Origin: Chloroflexota bacterium
GTDB lineage: Bacteria; Chloroflexota; Limnocylindria; QHBO01
Assembly: GCA_040905185.1 (NCBI GenBank)
Contig: JBBDRZ010000007.1
Span: forward strand, 63,817-127,816
Direction of reading: 5' to 3'
Length of the DNA: 64,000 nucleotides
Shown: piece after piece, positions 10,952 to 22,000 of the stretch
How the letters are laid out: each line of letters opens with the position of its first letter
Numbering within the stretch: the first letter of the stretch is position 1
Program-made: the position numbers and the translations under genes
Notes under the pieces: generated by a model
What the model was told of the DNA's origin: nothing
Seen by the model: the letters and a program-made list of their open reading frames with translations, nothing else
The model's database searches: none

Positions 10952-10980
10952 TTGCCCGGGCTAGCGGCGGGCGCTACACT
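10952..10980 (+). promoter_or_regulatory. Putative dnaA promoter
   Basis: TTGCCC, 17-nt spacer, TACACT. Confidence 0.5.
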
Positions 10981-11100
10981 ACGCCGACCCCCGGAGCCAG
11001 ACGCCCGCCAAACGGGCCGTGCCCGCCCCGGAGGAGCACCAGAATCTCGGATTTCGCCCGGTCCGTGGCTCCCCGCGGCCGGCCTGGAGGCGTCTGTCGA

Positions 11101-12441
11101 ATGGATGCGAAACAGGTGTGGCGCGCCGTCCTCGGCGAGCTGCAGGTCAGTCTTTCGGCCGCCAACTTTGAAACCTGGCTGAAGGACACCTCGCTCGAGG
11201 AGATCGACGAGCACCTGTTCCGCATCTCGGCGCCCAACGGGTTCACCCGGGACTGGCTGGACAACCGATATCGGACCCTGGTCAGCCAGACTCTGGCCCG
11301 GGTGGTCGGTCGGTCGGTGCGGGTCGAGTTCGTGGTGGCCGACGCCCCCGGCCCTGCCCCGGAGCAGTCGAGTGATGAGCTGACGCCGGTCCCGGTCTCG
11401 ACGCCCAGCGGGAATGCGGTCAACCTCAACGGGCGGTACACGTTCGGGAACTTCATCGTCGGCAGTGCCAACCGGCTGGCGCATGCCGCTGCCCTGTCGG
11501 TGGCCGAGCGGCCCGGCCACGCCTACAACCCCCTGTTCCTGTACGGCGGGGTCGGCCTGGGCAAGACCCACCTGATGCACGCCATCGGGCACGCGGTGGC
11601 GGCCAAGTTTCCGCGCAAGCGGATCCTGTACGCGACCAGCGAGAAGTTCACCAACGACTTCATCAACTCCATCCGCGAGCAGAAGATGGAGGACTTCCGG
11701 GGCCGATATCGGCGCATCGACGTCCTGCTCATCGACGACATCCAGTTCATCGCCGAGCGCGAGCGGACCCAGGAGGAGTTCTTCCATACCTTCAACGCCA
11801 TCCACGAGATCGGCAAGCAGATCGTCCTCAGCTCGGATCGGCCGCCCAAGGCCATCACCACCCTGGAGGAGCGGCTTCGCTCGCGGTTCGAGATGGGGCT
11901 CCTCGCCGACCTGACCCCGCCCGATCTGGAGACCCGGATCGCCATCCTGCGATCGAAGGCCGAGGACCAGCTGCACCTGATTCCGCCGGAGGTCATCGAG
12001 TTCATCGCGCGCAAGGTGGTGAGCAACGTCCGTGAGCTGGAGGGCGCCCTGAACCGGGTCCTGGCCTATGCCTCCATGAGCGGTGCACCGATCAACATCG
12101 AGCTGGCGTCGGCGGTGCTCAGCAATGTCATGTACAACCCACGCAAGCGGTCCATCACGCCGCAGCGCATCGTGCGCGTGGTGGCGGACTACTACGGCGT
12201 GAACCTCGATCAGCTGCGCAGCAGCAAGCGGGAGAAGGCGATCGTCGTCCCGCGCCAGATCGCGATGTACCTGATCCGGGAGGAGACCGATATCTCGCTC
12301 CTGCGGATCGGCGCCGAGCTCGGCGGCCGCGACCATTCAACCGTGCTGCACGCGTGCGACAAGATCAACCGCGAGATGGCGGAGAACGACGAGCTGCGCC
12401 GTGAGATCAGCGCCGTGCGGGAGATGATCTACTCGGAGTGA
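11101..12441 (+). CDS. dnaA: Chromosomal replication initiator DnaA
   Basis: [40 protein letters not shown]. Confidence 0.99.
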   Translation: MDAKQVWRAVLGELQVSLSAANFETWLKDTSLEEIDEHLFRISAPNGFTRDWLDNRYRTLVSQTLARVVGRSVRVEFVVADAPGPAPEQSSDELTPVPVSTPSGNAVNLNGRYTFGNFIVGSANRLAHAAALSVAERPGHAYNPLFLYGGVGLGKTHLMHAIGHAVAAKFPRKRILYATSEKFTNDFINSIREQKMEDFRGRYRRIDVLLIDDIQFIAERERTQEEFFHTFNAIHEIGKQIVLSSDRPPKAITTLEERLRSRFEMGLLADLTPPDLETRIAILRSKAEDQLHLIPPEVIEFIARKVVSNVRELEGALNRVLAYASMSGAPINIELASAVLSNVMYNPRKRSITPQRIVRVVADYYGVNLDQLRSSKREKAIVVPRQIAMYLIREETDISLLRIGAELGGRDHSTVLHACDKINREMAENDELRREISAVREMIYSE

Positions 12442-12710
12442 GGTGGTGGACAACCGGCCTGGGGCTGGGGACAGGCGGGGGAGCGCGAGCCGGCCGCAGT
12501 TGACGCTCCGCGGTGGAGGCCAAGGGCTTGTCAGCCGGCCATCGACGAATCCGGCTGGCCTGCCAACCGCGCATCCCCGGGCTGCCAACACGCGCCGGAC
12601 GGCCTCCCGAAACCAGATGGCGCGAATGTCCACATCATCCACACCCCTACTACCAGAGACGACGATTCAAAGACTCTATGCTTCAGGGGAACCGTAGTGA
12701 GACGCATTTC
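12442..12710. other. Replication origin oriC (dnaA-dnaN intergenic)
   Basis: Tandem DnaA boxes ATGTCCACA (12626-12634) and TCATCCACA (12635-12643), a C-run, then DnaA-trio-like CTACTACC; further degenerate boxes at 12445-12453 and 12466-12474 on the minus strand. Confidence 0.8.
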
Positions 12711-13847
12711 ATGAACCTCTCTGTCATGCAGGAGAACCTTGCCCGGGGTCTCGGCATCGTCAGCCGGGCAGTGGCCAGCCGGGCCACCCTGCCGGTCCTG
12801 GCCAACGTCCTGCTCCGCACGGAAGATGGCGGGCTCAAGCTCACCGCCACCAACCTGGAGATCGGCATCACCTGCTGGGTAGCGGCGAAGGTCGAGGACC
12901 CCGGCGAGATCACCATCCCGGCGCGCCTCCTGACCGACCTGGTCGGGTCGTTGCCGCCCCAGCGCATCGACCTGGAGCTTTCAGCCAAAGACCGTAGCCT
13001 GAAGGTCACGTGTGGGGGAAGCCGCGCCTCGATCAAGGGCATCGAGGCCGACGAGTTCCCCGTGGTCGGAGCGATCGGCGAGGCGGCGCTCACCGCCGTC
13101 GACGCGCGGGTCCTGCGCGAGGCCCTGGGTGAGGTCGTGTTCGCGGCAGCGAGCGACGAATCGCGACCCATCCTGACCGGTGTCCTGACCCGGCTGGAGG
13201 GCGACACGATGACCCTGGCCGCGGCCGACAACTACCGGATCGCGGTCCGCAGCCTGGTCCTGGCCCGCCCGGTCAGCGTCGAAACCACGATCGTGGTGCC
13301 CGGGCGCAGCTATGCCGAGCTGGTGCGTGTCCTCCCCGACGCCGAGGCGCCGGTCGAGATCACCATCACCCCCAACCGCAGCCAGGTGCTGTTCCACGTC
13401 GAGGGGATCGACCTGGTCAGCCGCCTGATCGAGGGCCAGTTCCCGAACTACGAGCCGGTTGTCCCGCGCAAGGACGCGTGGACCTCACGCGCCACCGTCG
13501 ACCGCGAGGCGTTCCTGGCCGGCACCCGCCGCGCGAGCTTCTTCGCTCGCGACTCGGCCAACATCATCAAGGTCGAAGTCGGCGGCGAGGACGGCGAGGC
13601 GCCCGGCGTCACCATCAGCGCTCACGCGGTCGACATCGGCGACAACGCGGACACGCTCGAAGCCACCGTGGAGGGCACGCCCACCACCATCGCCTTCAAC
13701 GCCCGCTACCTGACCGATGTCCTCGGCGCCCTGGGCGCCGAGGAGGCCATCCTCGAGCTCTCCGGCCCGTTGGCCCCCGGCGTCATCCGTGGGGTCGGCA
13801 AGGACGACTACGTCCACGTCATCATGCCGGTGCGCACCGCCTCCTGA
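12711..13847 (+). CDS. dnaN: DNA polymerase III beta sliding clamp
   Basis: ATNLEIGI, SRPILTGV, SRLIEGQFPNY, IAFNARYL, VIMPVR. Confidence 0.99.
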   Translation: MNLSVMQENLARGLGIVSRAVASRATLPVLANVLLRTEDGGLKLTATNLEIGITCWVAAKVEDPGEITIPARLLTDLVGSLPPQRIDLELSAKDRSLKVTCGGSRASIKGIEADEFPVVGAIGEAALTAVDARVLREALGEVVFAAASDESRPILTGVLTRLEGDTMTLAAADNYRIAVRSLVLARPVSVETTIVVPGRSYAELVRVLPDAEAPVEITITPNRSQVLFHVEGIDLVSRLIEGQFPNYEPVVPRKDAWTSRATVDREAFLAGTRRASFFARDSANIIKVEVGGEDGEAPGVTISAHAVDIGDNADTLEATVEGTPTTIAFNARYLTDVLGALGAEEAILELSGPLAPGVIRGVGKDDYVHVIMPVRTAS

Positions 13848-13853
13848 TGTGAT

Positions 13854-15044
13854 GTGCGTCTCGCTCGTCTCCTGCTCGACCACTACCGGAGCTATGCCTC
13901 CGCCGAGCTGGAGCCCGACCCGGGGCTGACCGTCATCGCCGGCCCCAACGGAGCCGGCAAGACCAACCTGCTGGAGTCGGTGTGGGTCACCGTCTCAGGC
14001 CGATCCCACCGGCCCGCAGCCGACGCCGACCTGGTCACGCATGGCGCTCCGCTGGCTCGCGTCCGTCTCGACCTGGCGCCCGTCACCGGGGGCGACGCCA
14101 CTGAACAGGTCGAGCTGGTGCTCCCCGGGGTGGAGCCGCCGCCCGGCCTCCGGCGCCGCTTGACCGTCAACGGGGTGTCGCGCCGCCAGGCGTCGCTCGC
14201 CGATACGGTGCGCGCGGTTCTGTTCCGCCCCGAGGAGATGCTGCTCCTGGTGGGCTCGCCTTCGGAGCGGCGCCGCTTCCTGGACGCCATCCTGGCCCAG
14301 CGCTCGAGGGGGACGGCACGCGACCTGCTGGACCTGGCCCGGGTGCTTGCCCAGCGCAACGCGCTCTTGCGGGCCATCCGGGCCGAGGAAGCGGACCCCG
14401 CCGAGCTGGCCGTCTGGGACGAGCAGCTGGCGCAGATCGGCGGCCGGGTGACGGCCGCGCGCGTGGACCTGGTCTCCGACCTGGCGATGCGCATCGGCCC
14501 GCTTCACGATGCGGTGGCGCCTGCTGATGAGCTGGACGACCGGGTCGGGCTGACATACGCCGACGCGCTGAAAGATGCCTGGCCCGGTCGCGAGGCGGCC
14601 CGCACCGATCCGGGCCAGGCCGACCCGCTGGTCCTCGCCCAGGCCATCCGACGCCGGTTGGAGGACGTCCGCCAGAAGGAGATCTGGAACGGGGTGTCGC
14701 TGGTGGGCCCCCAGCGCGACGACCTGGCGGTCACCCTGGGCGGCCTGCCGGTGGCGGCCCACGCCAGCCGCGGCCAGCAACGGACGATCATCGTGGCGCT
14801 CAAGCTGGCGGAGACCGATCTGCTGGCGGAGAGCGGCGGACCGTCGCCCATCGTGCTCCTCGACGACGTGTTCAGCGAGCTGGACCCGGAACGGTCGGCG
14901 CGGGGACTCGACCTGCTGCGGCAACGGGGCCAGGTCCTGGTCACCATCACCGATCCGGCCCTGCTGCCCGCCCGCCACCGGCACCGCGTGCCCATCTGGA
15001 GCGTGGGCGAGGGCCGGCTGGCACGCACCTCCCGGGTGGCGTGA
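13854..15044 (+). CDS. recF: DNA replication/repair protein RecF
   Basis: GPNGAGKTNLLE, GPQRDDL, SRGQQR, LLDDVFSELD. Confidence 0.97.
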   Translation: MRLARLLLDHYRSYASAELEPDPGLTVIAGPNGAGKTNLLESVWVTVSGRSHRPAADADLVTHGAPLARVRLDLAPVTGGDATEQVELVLPGVEPPPGLRRRLTVNGVSRRQASLADTVRAVLFRPEEMLLLVGSPSERRRFLDAILAQRSRGTARDLLDLARVLAQRNALLRAIRAEEADPAELAVWDEQLAQIGGRVTAARVDLVSDLAMRIGPLHDAVAPADELDDRVGLTYADALKDAWPGREAARTDPGQADPLVLAQAIRRRLEDVRQKEIWNGVSLVGPQRDDLAVTLGGLPVAAHASRGQQRTIIVALKLAETDLLAESGGPSPIVLLDDVFSELDPERSARGLDLLRQRGQVLVTITDPALLPARHRHRVPIWSVGEGRLARTSRVA

Positions 15045-15054
15045 GGACGGCCGC

Positions 15055-15414
15055 ATGAGCAGACGGCCGACGACCGAGGAAGCGGTGAGCGCCGTCCAGC
15101 GCGCGCTCCTCCAGTGCGTGGGGCCCGGCGCCGCGGAGCAGCTGGCCCTGGCCCAGGCCCGTCTGGCGTGGCTTGAGGCCGTGGCCGAGGCCGGACTCAC
15201 GCCCCACGGGATGTGGAGCCGCCTGGTCAGCGTGAACAACGGAGTGGCTACCGTCGTGACCCCCGAGCCGATCCTGGCCGCCGAGCTCAAGCTGCGCGGC
15301 GATCGCCTGGCCCAGGCCGTCAACGAACGCCAGCGCGGCCGCCCCGGCGCCCTGTACCGGCTGCGCAGCCTGGCCGTGGTGGTCCGCCCGGGGGCGACCG
15401 AGGGCCCGTCGTGA
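15055..15414 (+). CDS. DciA/DUF721-family helicase-loader-like protein
   Basis: Position directly after recF, about 120 aa, W...V.....L pattern with AELKLR resembling DUF721. Confidence 0.6.
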   Translation: MSRRPTTEEAVSAVQRALLQCVGPGAAEQLALAQARLAWLEAVAEAGLTPHGMWSRLVSVNNGVATVVTPEPILAAELKLRGDRLAQAVNERQRGRPGALYRLRSLAVVVRPGATEGPS

Positions 15415-17627
15415 GCCAGCGCCTGGCGACCCGGTTCGGCCTCGTCCCCGAGGCGGAGCGCGCGCCGGACGCGACCGACCTGGTCCGGGTCAACGAGCCG
15501 ACGGTGGGGGCCCCGGTCCGGACCAAGGGCAGCCTCTACCTGCTGGCCCAGCTGACGGAGGCCGGGGCCGGCACGGTGCGGGCCGCCCAGCAGACGCTGG
15601 AGGCGATCGAGCACGACTACTACTACGACCTGTCGGCCGGTCCGCTCGACACCCTGGCCCGCGCCGTGGCCCAGGCCAACCGGCGCCTCTACCACGCCCG
15701 CGGACGGGTGGGCCTGACCCGGGGAGCGCGGATCAGCGTGGTCGGGGTCGCCATCCGGGCCGCGGAGCTCCACGTGGCCAAGATCGGCCCCGCCGGCGCG
15801 ATCATCGTGCGCGGCCAGCGCATCTACGAGCTGCCACCACCCCTGCCGGCGGGCGATGACCTCGACTCCGGCCGGCTGGTCGCCGACTCGCTGGGGGAGG
15901 CGCTCGAGATCGAGCCGGTGACCTGGTCCGGCGCGCTGGCGGGCGGGGATCGCGTGGCGCTGGTCAGTCGCAACCTGGCCGAGGTGGTCGGGGCCGAGGA
16001 CACGCGGCAGGCGTTGCTGGACCTGCGGCCCGCGGCCGCCGCGCAACACATGCATCGCCTGTTCATGGATCGTGGCGGCTCGGGCTCCGACGGCCTGATC
16101 ACGATCGAGCTGACCGCGATCGGCCTCACCGCGACCACCCATCGGCTCGAGCCGGTCCGACCGGCAGACCCGCTGGCGGGGCTTCCGGACCGCAGCCCGG
16201 TGCCGGGCGCCGATGCAGTCGGGGGAGCCATCCGACGCGCGGACCAGGCCGTGGATCACGCGCAGTCGCGGCTCGGCGGCTCGGTAGACCTGTTCATCGG
16301 GCGCCTGATGGCCCTCATGCCCCGACGTCGGGTGGACTACCCGCGGCGGGTGGTGCGCACCGAGGCCCTCGAGGCGCGGCGCCGGTGGCGTCTGGGGGCG
16401 CTCGGCATGGTGGCGGTCGCCGTCCTGGTGGCCGCCGGCGTCACCGTGGCCAGCTATCCGTCGCTGGATCCGACGCAGGCCATCCCGCGCCTGACGGTGG
16501 CCCGCGAGGCCGTCGCCGAGGCTCACGAGCTGATCGCCGCCGTGGAGGACCGGATTGACGGCCAGGATCTGGTGGAGCGCGACCCGGAGCAGGCCAGGGA
16601 TCTCCTGGCCAACGCCGAGCGAGCCCTCGACCGGGCCGAGGGGGTCGGGGTGTCGGAATCGGCGCTCGAACCGCTCCGCATCCGGCTGGACGGCCGGCTC
16701 GATGCGCTGTACGCCGTGACCCGCATCCGCGAGCTGACGACCGTGGTGGACCTGGCGACGGCGTTCACCGCCATCTCGCCTGAACGGATGGTTGCCGCCT
16801 CCGATGCGTCGCTGTGGATCACCGACACCGGTCGGGGTCGCGTGGTCCGCGTGGACCCGGCGACCGGCACCTCGGAGGTCGTCTACCGGGCCGGTCAGGA
16901 GCTGGACGGGGGCGTGGCCGGCGAGCCCTGGCTGCTCGCCACGGCGGCCACCGACGTCGTCATCGTGGACCGCGCGCGCCAGGCGTGGCGCGCGGACCTG
17001 GTTGAGCGCGTCCCGCGCCGGATGCCCCTGGCCGGCATCGAGGACCTGGACCCGGCGAGCCGGCTGCTGACCGCGCTCCAGCATCGGCCTCCGCTCGAGA
17101 TCTTCACCCTGTACGCCGTGGACGACGCCAGCGGCGTGGTCTGGAAGTGGACCCCGCCGGCGGTGATCCCGGTCACCTTCCCCGATCCGCCCGAGTCGTT
17201 CCTCAGCGGGGCCGCGGACCTCAACCCGGCCGCCGCCCGCGACCTGCGCGCGGATGCCAACCTGTGGCTCCTCCAGCGCGCGACCGTGACCCGGGTCAAC
17301 TTCGGCACGCCGGTCCCGCAGTCGGACTTCTCCCTCGATCCACCGCCGGATGCCGCGGTCCGCGAGCCGTTGGACTACCAGTTCCTGGACAGCGCCACCA
17401 TCGGCGACCGCGACCAGTTCTTCGTCTACGACGCCGCCAACGCGCGAATCATCGCCTTCGGGCGCGCCGACGGGGCGTTCCTCGGGCAATGGTTGGCGCC
17501 CCGCCGGGGAGATGCCGCCGGCCTGCTGGACGAGGTCCTCGGGATGGAGGTCCTGTCCACCCCCGACGGCCCGCCGGCGGCCTATCTGCTGACCCCGGAT
17601 CGGGTCGTCCGCGTCGTCCTGGAGTAG
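15411..17627 (+). CDS. Membrane protein: degenerate PP2C-like N-domain, single TM, extracellular helical region and beta-propeller-like domain
   Basis: AVAQANRRL, LHVAKIG, DSLG...IEP, GDRVALVS resemble PPM/PP2C motifs but lack the catalytic Asp residues; TM near aa 325-345; LWITDTGRGRVVRVDP and FVYDAANARII are NHL-like repeats; GTGA overlap with the upstream gene. Confidence 0.7.
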   Translation: MSQRLATRFGLVPEAERAPDATDLVRVNEPTVGAPVRTKGSLYLLAQLTEAGAGTVRAAQQTLEAIEHDYYYDLSAGPLDTLARAVAQANRRLYHARGRVGLTRGARISVVGVAIRAAELHVAKIGPAGAIIVRGQRIYELPPPLPAGDDLDSGRLVADSLGEALEIEPVTWSGALAGGDRVALVSRNLAEVVGAEDTRQALLDLRPAAAAQHMHRLFMDRGGSGSDGLITIELTAIGLTATTHRLEPVRPADPLAGLPDRSPVPGADAVGGAIRRADQAVDHAQSRLGGSVDLFIGRLMALMPRRRVDYPRRVVRTEALEARRRWRLGALGMVAVAVLVAAGVTVASYPSLDPTQAIPRLTVAREAVAEAHELIAAVEDRIDGQDLVERDPEQARDLLANAERALDRAEGVGVSESALEPLRIRLDGRLDALYAVTRIRELTTVVDLATAFTAISPERMVAASDASLWITDTGRGRVVRVDPATGTSEVVYRAGQELDGGVAGEPWLLATAATDVVIVDRARQAWRADLVERVPRRMPLAGIEDLDPASRLLTALQHRPPLEIFTLYAVDDASGVVWKWTPPAVIPVTFPDPPESFLSGAADLNPAAARDLRADANLWLLQRATVTRVNFGTPVPQSDFSLDPPPDAAVREPLDYQFLDSATIGDRDQFFVYDAANARIIAFGRADGAFLGQWLAPRRGDAAGLLDEVLGMEVLSTPDGPPAAYLLTPDRVVRVVLE

Positions 17628-17646
17628 CAGCCACTAGAATCGGGCC

Positions 17647-18186
17647 GTGACCCAGCTCATTGAGATGGTCGTCGAAAGCGTGCGGGTCCACGTCCTGTCG
17701 AGCCAGCACGTGGTGATCCTCAAGGAGACCGAACGGGACCGATACCTGCCCATCTGGATCGGTCCCTCTGAGGCCAACGCCATCGCCATGCGCCTGCAGG
17801 GCATCAGCGCCGAGCGTCCGCTGACCCATGACTTGTTGGTCAGCGTGCTGGGCGCGGTTCACGGCTCGCTGAGCCGGGTCGTGGTCACCCACGTCAGCGA
17901 TGGGACCTTCCACGCCCGCCTGTACCTGGAGACCGCCGAGGGCGGGGAGACGGAGATCGACTCGCGGACCTCGGACGCGATCGCGGTCGCGATCCGGACC
18001 GGGTCGACCATCTACGTCGACGAACGGGTCCTCGACGAGGCCGGCGTCGAGCCCGAGACGAACGGCGAGCTGGGCGAGGACGACGAGAAGCTGGCCGTGT
18101 TCCGCGACTTCGTGAACTCGCTCGACGTCGACCTGGGGCCGTCCGAGGGCCGCCCACCGTCCGAGGGCCGCCCACCCATCGAGTAG
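17647..18186 (+). CDS. Bifunctional nuclease family protein (DUF151)
   Basis: LPIWIGPSEANAI, RPLTHDL, IDSRTSDAIAVA; TAGAAT lies 6 nt before the GTG (probably leaderless). Confidence 0.93.
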   Translation: MTQLIEMVVESVRVHVLSSQHVVILKETERDRYLPIWIGPSEANAIAMRLQGISAERPLTHDLLVSVLGAVHGSLSRVVVTHVSDGTFHARLYLETAEGGETEIDSRTSDAIAVAIRTGSTIYVDERVLDEAGVEPETNGELGEDDEKLAVFRDFVNSLDVDLGPSEGRPPSEGRPPIE

Positions 18187-18192
18187 CCGGGG

Positions 18193-18948
18193 CTAGGTTC
18201 CTGGCGACGACCCCAGCGTCCGCTCCCGGTCGGTCCACAGCGCCCAGCGCAGCCGGAAGATGTCCCGGAAGGTGCGCATGATCTTCAGGAAGCTGGCGCC
18301 GGTGTTCTGTCCCGCGGTCCGCGGGTAGTGCGTGACGCCCACTTGATCCATCCGCACGCCCCGCGCGTTGAGCTTGATGAGCAGCTCGGCCGACAGGAAC
18401 GGCCCTTCGGAATCCAGCCGCAGGCCATCGAACACGTGACGGCGGAAGACCTTCATGGCGCAGTCGATGTCGCGCACCCGGAGCCCGAACAGGACCGACA
18501 CGATCGCGTTGTAGGTCTTGGCGATGATGAGCCGATGAACCGGGTCGCGGCGCTTGATGCGGTAGCCGATGACGGCGTCCACCGGGCGGGCGGTGTTCGC
18601 CAGCCGATCGAGCAGCCGGCGCAGCTCGGCCAGGTCGAACTGGAGGTCGCCATCCGAGAACGCGATCAGCTCGCCGCGGGCGTTGGCGAACCCCGCCTGT
18701 AGCGCGCCGCCGTAGCCGTGGTTGGGCTGGTGGACGACGCGGACACGGGTGTCGGCGGCGGCCAGCTCATCGGCCAGCTGCGGGGTGCGATCGGTCGAGC
18801 CATCGTCGATGGCGAGCACCTCGAGCGAGCCGACCAGGGGCCCGACCTCCTCCAGGGCCCGGGCTACCGTCCGCTCGATGTTCGCCTCCTCGTTGTAGGC
18901 GGGGAAGAAGAACGTCAGGGCAGGACGGGCTGCGACCGATTCGTCCAC
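18193..18948 (-). CDS. GT2 glycosyltransferase, polyprenol-phosphate sugar (mannose) synthase-like
   Basis: PAYNEE, IDDGSTD, NHGYGGAL, DGDLQ, DIDCAMK. Confidence 0.88.
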   Translation of the reverse strand: MDESVAARPALTFFFPAYNEEANIERTVARALEEVGPLVGSLEVLAIDDGSTDRTPQLADELAAADTRVRVVHQPNHGYGGALQAGFANARGELIAFSDGDLQFDLAELRRLLDRLANTARPVDAVIGYRIKRRDPVHRLIIAKTYNAIVSVLFGLRVRDIDCAMKVFRRHVFDGLRLDSEGPFLSAELLIKLNARGVRMDQVGVTHYPRTAGQNTGASFLKIMRTFRDIFRLRWALWTDRERTLGSSPGT

Positions 18949-19025
18949 GGGCCTCCCTGGTTTTCAGAGCCGGTCAAGGGGTGGCGCGGATGGTAGCGGA
19001 ACCCGGCGCTATACTCGCCCCCGCC

Positions 19026-22000
19026 TTGCCGACCCGTCGTTTCCTCGATCCGTTCGGCACGCTCCTCGTGCTCCTCCTCGCCGGCCTCGCGCTGCGCGTG
19101 CTGGTGGCGACCGTCATCCTGCCCCAGAGCGGCCTCCACAACGACATCACCGCCTTCAGCGCATGGGCTTTGCGCCTGGCCGACGTCGGCCCCGCCGAGT
19201 TCTACGCCCCGGGCTATTTCGCCGACTACCCACCCGGCTACATGTACGTGCTGTGGTTGCTGGGCGAAGTGTCCCGCTTCCTGGAACCGCTCCTGGGGGC
19301 GAGTCCCATTCGGGGCCTGGTCAAGGTGCCGGGGATCGCCGCCGATCTCGGAGTGGCATGGCTCATCTATCTCATCGCGGTCCGGTTCTTCGGGGATCGG
19401 CCGCCCATTCGCTGGCTCGGATCGGGCGCGCGGATTGGCCTCATCGGCGCCGCGCTCTACCTGTTCAACCCCGGCACCGTGTTCAACTCGGCGGTCTGGG
19501 GCCAGATGGATGCGGTCGGGGTCCTCGTCATCCTGGCCGGGCTGTACGCCCTGGGCCGGGGGTGGACCGAAGCCGCCGGGCTGGCCGCGGTGGTGGCGCT
19601 CCTGATCAAGTTCCAGTTCGGCTGGCTCGTCCCGATCGTGGCCGTGGTCGGGCTCAAACGGCACCTGTTCGGCCGGTCGTCGGACGCGACGCTCGCGGCT
19701 CGTCCCGATCCGGTCCGGGTCCTGACCTCGCTGGCGGTGGGGTTCGGAACACTGGTTGCTCTGCTCCTCCCCTTTGGGATGACCCTCCTGCGCACCGGCG
19801 ACCCAACGACCGGCCTGATCGACAAGTTCCTGGCGGCAGCCAACCAGTACCAGGGACTCACCATCAACGCCTTCAACCTGTGGCGCAACCCGTGGAGTGG
19901 ACTCTCGCAGGTCCAGCAATGGGGAAACGACCAGGCCATCGCCCTCAACCTGGGCGGCCTGGACGTGACGTGGGCCATGGTGGGGATCGCGCTGTTTGCC
20001 CTGGCGGTCGTCGCCGCCCTGGTGGCGGTGGCGCGGCGCGACGACATGCACGGCATCCTCATGAGCTCGCTGACCATGGCGGTCGCCTTCTTCGCGTTGC
20101 CCACCCGGGTCCACGAGCGGTACCTGTTCCCGGCCATCGCGCTGGCGGCCCCGCTGGCGGGGACGGCCGTCCGGTGGGCGCTTGCGTTCGCGACCATCTC
20201 GGCCCTGTTCTTCCTGAACATCTACTGGGTGTACTCGGCCGACTGGTCGTACGCCGCGCCCCCGGTGATCAACCCGGGGCTCGGGGGCGAGCCGTTCGCG
20301 CGCGACCCGCTGCTGGCCGCCACCGTCTTCAGCGACATGGGCGTCTACCTGGTGTCGGCGAGCGTGGTGGTGGTGCTGGGCTGGATCGTCTGGCAGGCGC
20401 TGCGCCCGGAACCCTTGCCAGGCGACGTGGCCGCGCGCGCGGTCGACGTGGAAGCCGCCGAGGAGGCCGCCGCGGCGGCGAGCGCGGTCCGCGCGGCGCG
20501 GGGGCGCCCCGGCTGGCGCTGGCTGCGTCAGGACGCGGTCGCGGAGGACGAACGCGAGCCCCCACGCCGGCTGGACCGATTGGACCTGGCCCTGGTCGTG
20601 GCCCTGGTGGCGCTGGCGCTCGTGCTGCGCCTGTGGCGGTTGGACGTGCCGCGCTCGATGATCTTCGACGAGGTCTACCACGGCCGCACCGCCGCCGAAT
20701 ACCTGGCCAACTGGACCTGGGGCTGGGACCGCGACCCGTACGAGTGGACCCACCCCATGCTGGCCAAGTACCTCATCGCGGCGGGCATCGTGGTCGCGAA
20801 CCCGAACCAGGTCAGCGGCAGCACGGATCTCGATGCGCCCGCCACGAGCCTGGCGGTGGCGCCCCAGAAGACCGCCTCCGGGTGGCCTGCGTCGATCGTG
20901 TTCTCCTCGGACGGGAGCCGGACGATCGAGGCCCGCGACGCGTCCACCGGCGTGGTCGCGGACAGCTGGGAGGCCGATGGCCCTGTGTCGAGCCTGGCCT
21001 GGGACCCGGACACCGGCCGGCTCCTGGCCGGCCTGGGCGACAGCGGCACCATCGCGGCCTGGGACCTGAACGCGTTCCTGAGCGGAGGGGCGGAGCGGGC
21101 GCCGCCCGTTGTCACGTTCGGCATCGAGACCGGCATGACAGGCGTTCTCCAGCTGCTCGTGCCACTCGCCGATTCGGTGCTCGTCGTGCGCGGCCCGGAC
21201 GAGGTGGCCGTGTTCGAGCGGGTCACCGGGGCCGAGATGGCGCGCCGTGAGATGACGGTCAGCGCCATCACCTACACGAGCGCGGTGAGCGGCGACAACG
21301 AGGTCAGCGCGCGGGTGATCGTCATCGACCCCAACCGGGAAGTGGTGCTTTCGCTGGACGCGGGGACGCTGAGGACCGAAACCACGGAGACGCCCGAATC
21401 CGCGCCGCTCGGGTTGCTGATGACCAGCGGGCGCGGGACAAACCAGCTGACCTGGGTACCGGTTGGCCCGCTGCCGGCGACCGCCGAGCACCCGGCCACG
21501 ACCGGCGGCATGATGATCCTGCGCGGCGGCGGGATCATTCCGGACGACACGATCCCGCTCCCCGGTCCGGCCCGCGCCCTCGGCTGGGACCAGGTGGCCA
21601 ACCTGGTGTACGTGGCAGGACCGCAGCAGGTCTGGACCATCATGCCGCACGGGGACAGCCGCTCGGGGTACGCGGTGTACGACGAGACCCCGGTCGAGGG
21701 CGAGCCGCTGGCATTCGCGTTCGATGTCAGCGACACCTCCCAGACCGATGACCACGGCCGGCTGATCGTGTCCACCCAGCGCGCCGACGGCGGAGCGCTG
21801 GTCAGCCTCGACATCGGCGACAACGCGTATGCCTGGCGCCTGGCGGCGGCGGTCTTCGGGGCCCTGCTGGCGGGACTCGCCTACGCGTTCACCGCGATGC
21901 TCTTCCGGCGCCGCTCGATCGCCATCCTGGCCGGGCTGTTCGTGGCCGTCGACCTGATGAGCATCGCCATGAGCCGGATCGCCATGAACGACATCTTCGT

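Noticed and set aside
18139-18177. 18-bp tandem duplication (PSEGRP x2) at the end of the DUF151 gene
   Set aside because: Two copies in a disordered tail suggest ordinary slippage; it is not a CRISPR or functional array.
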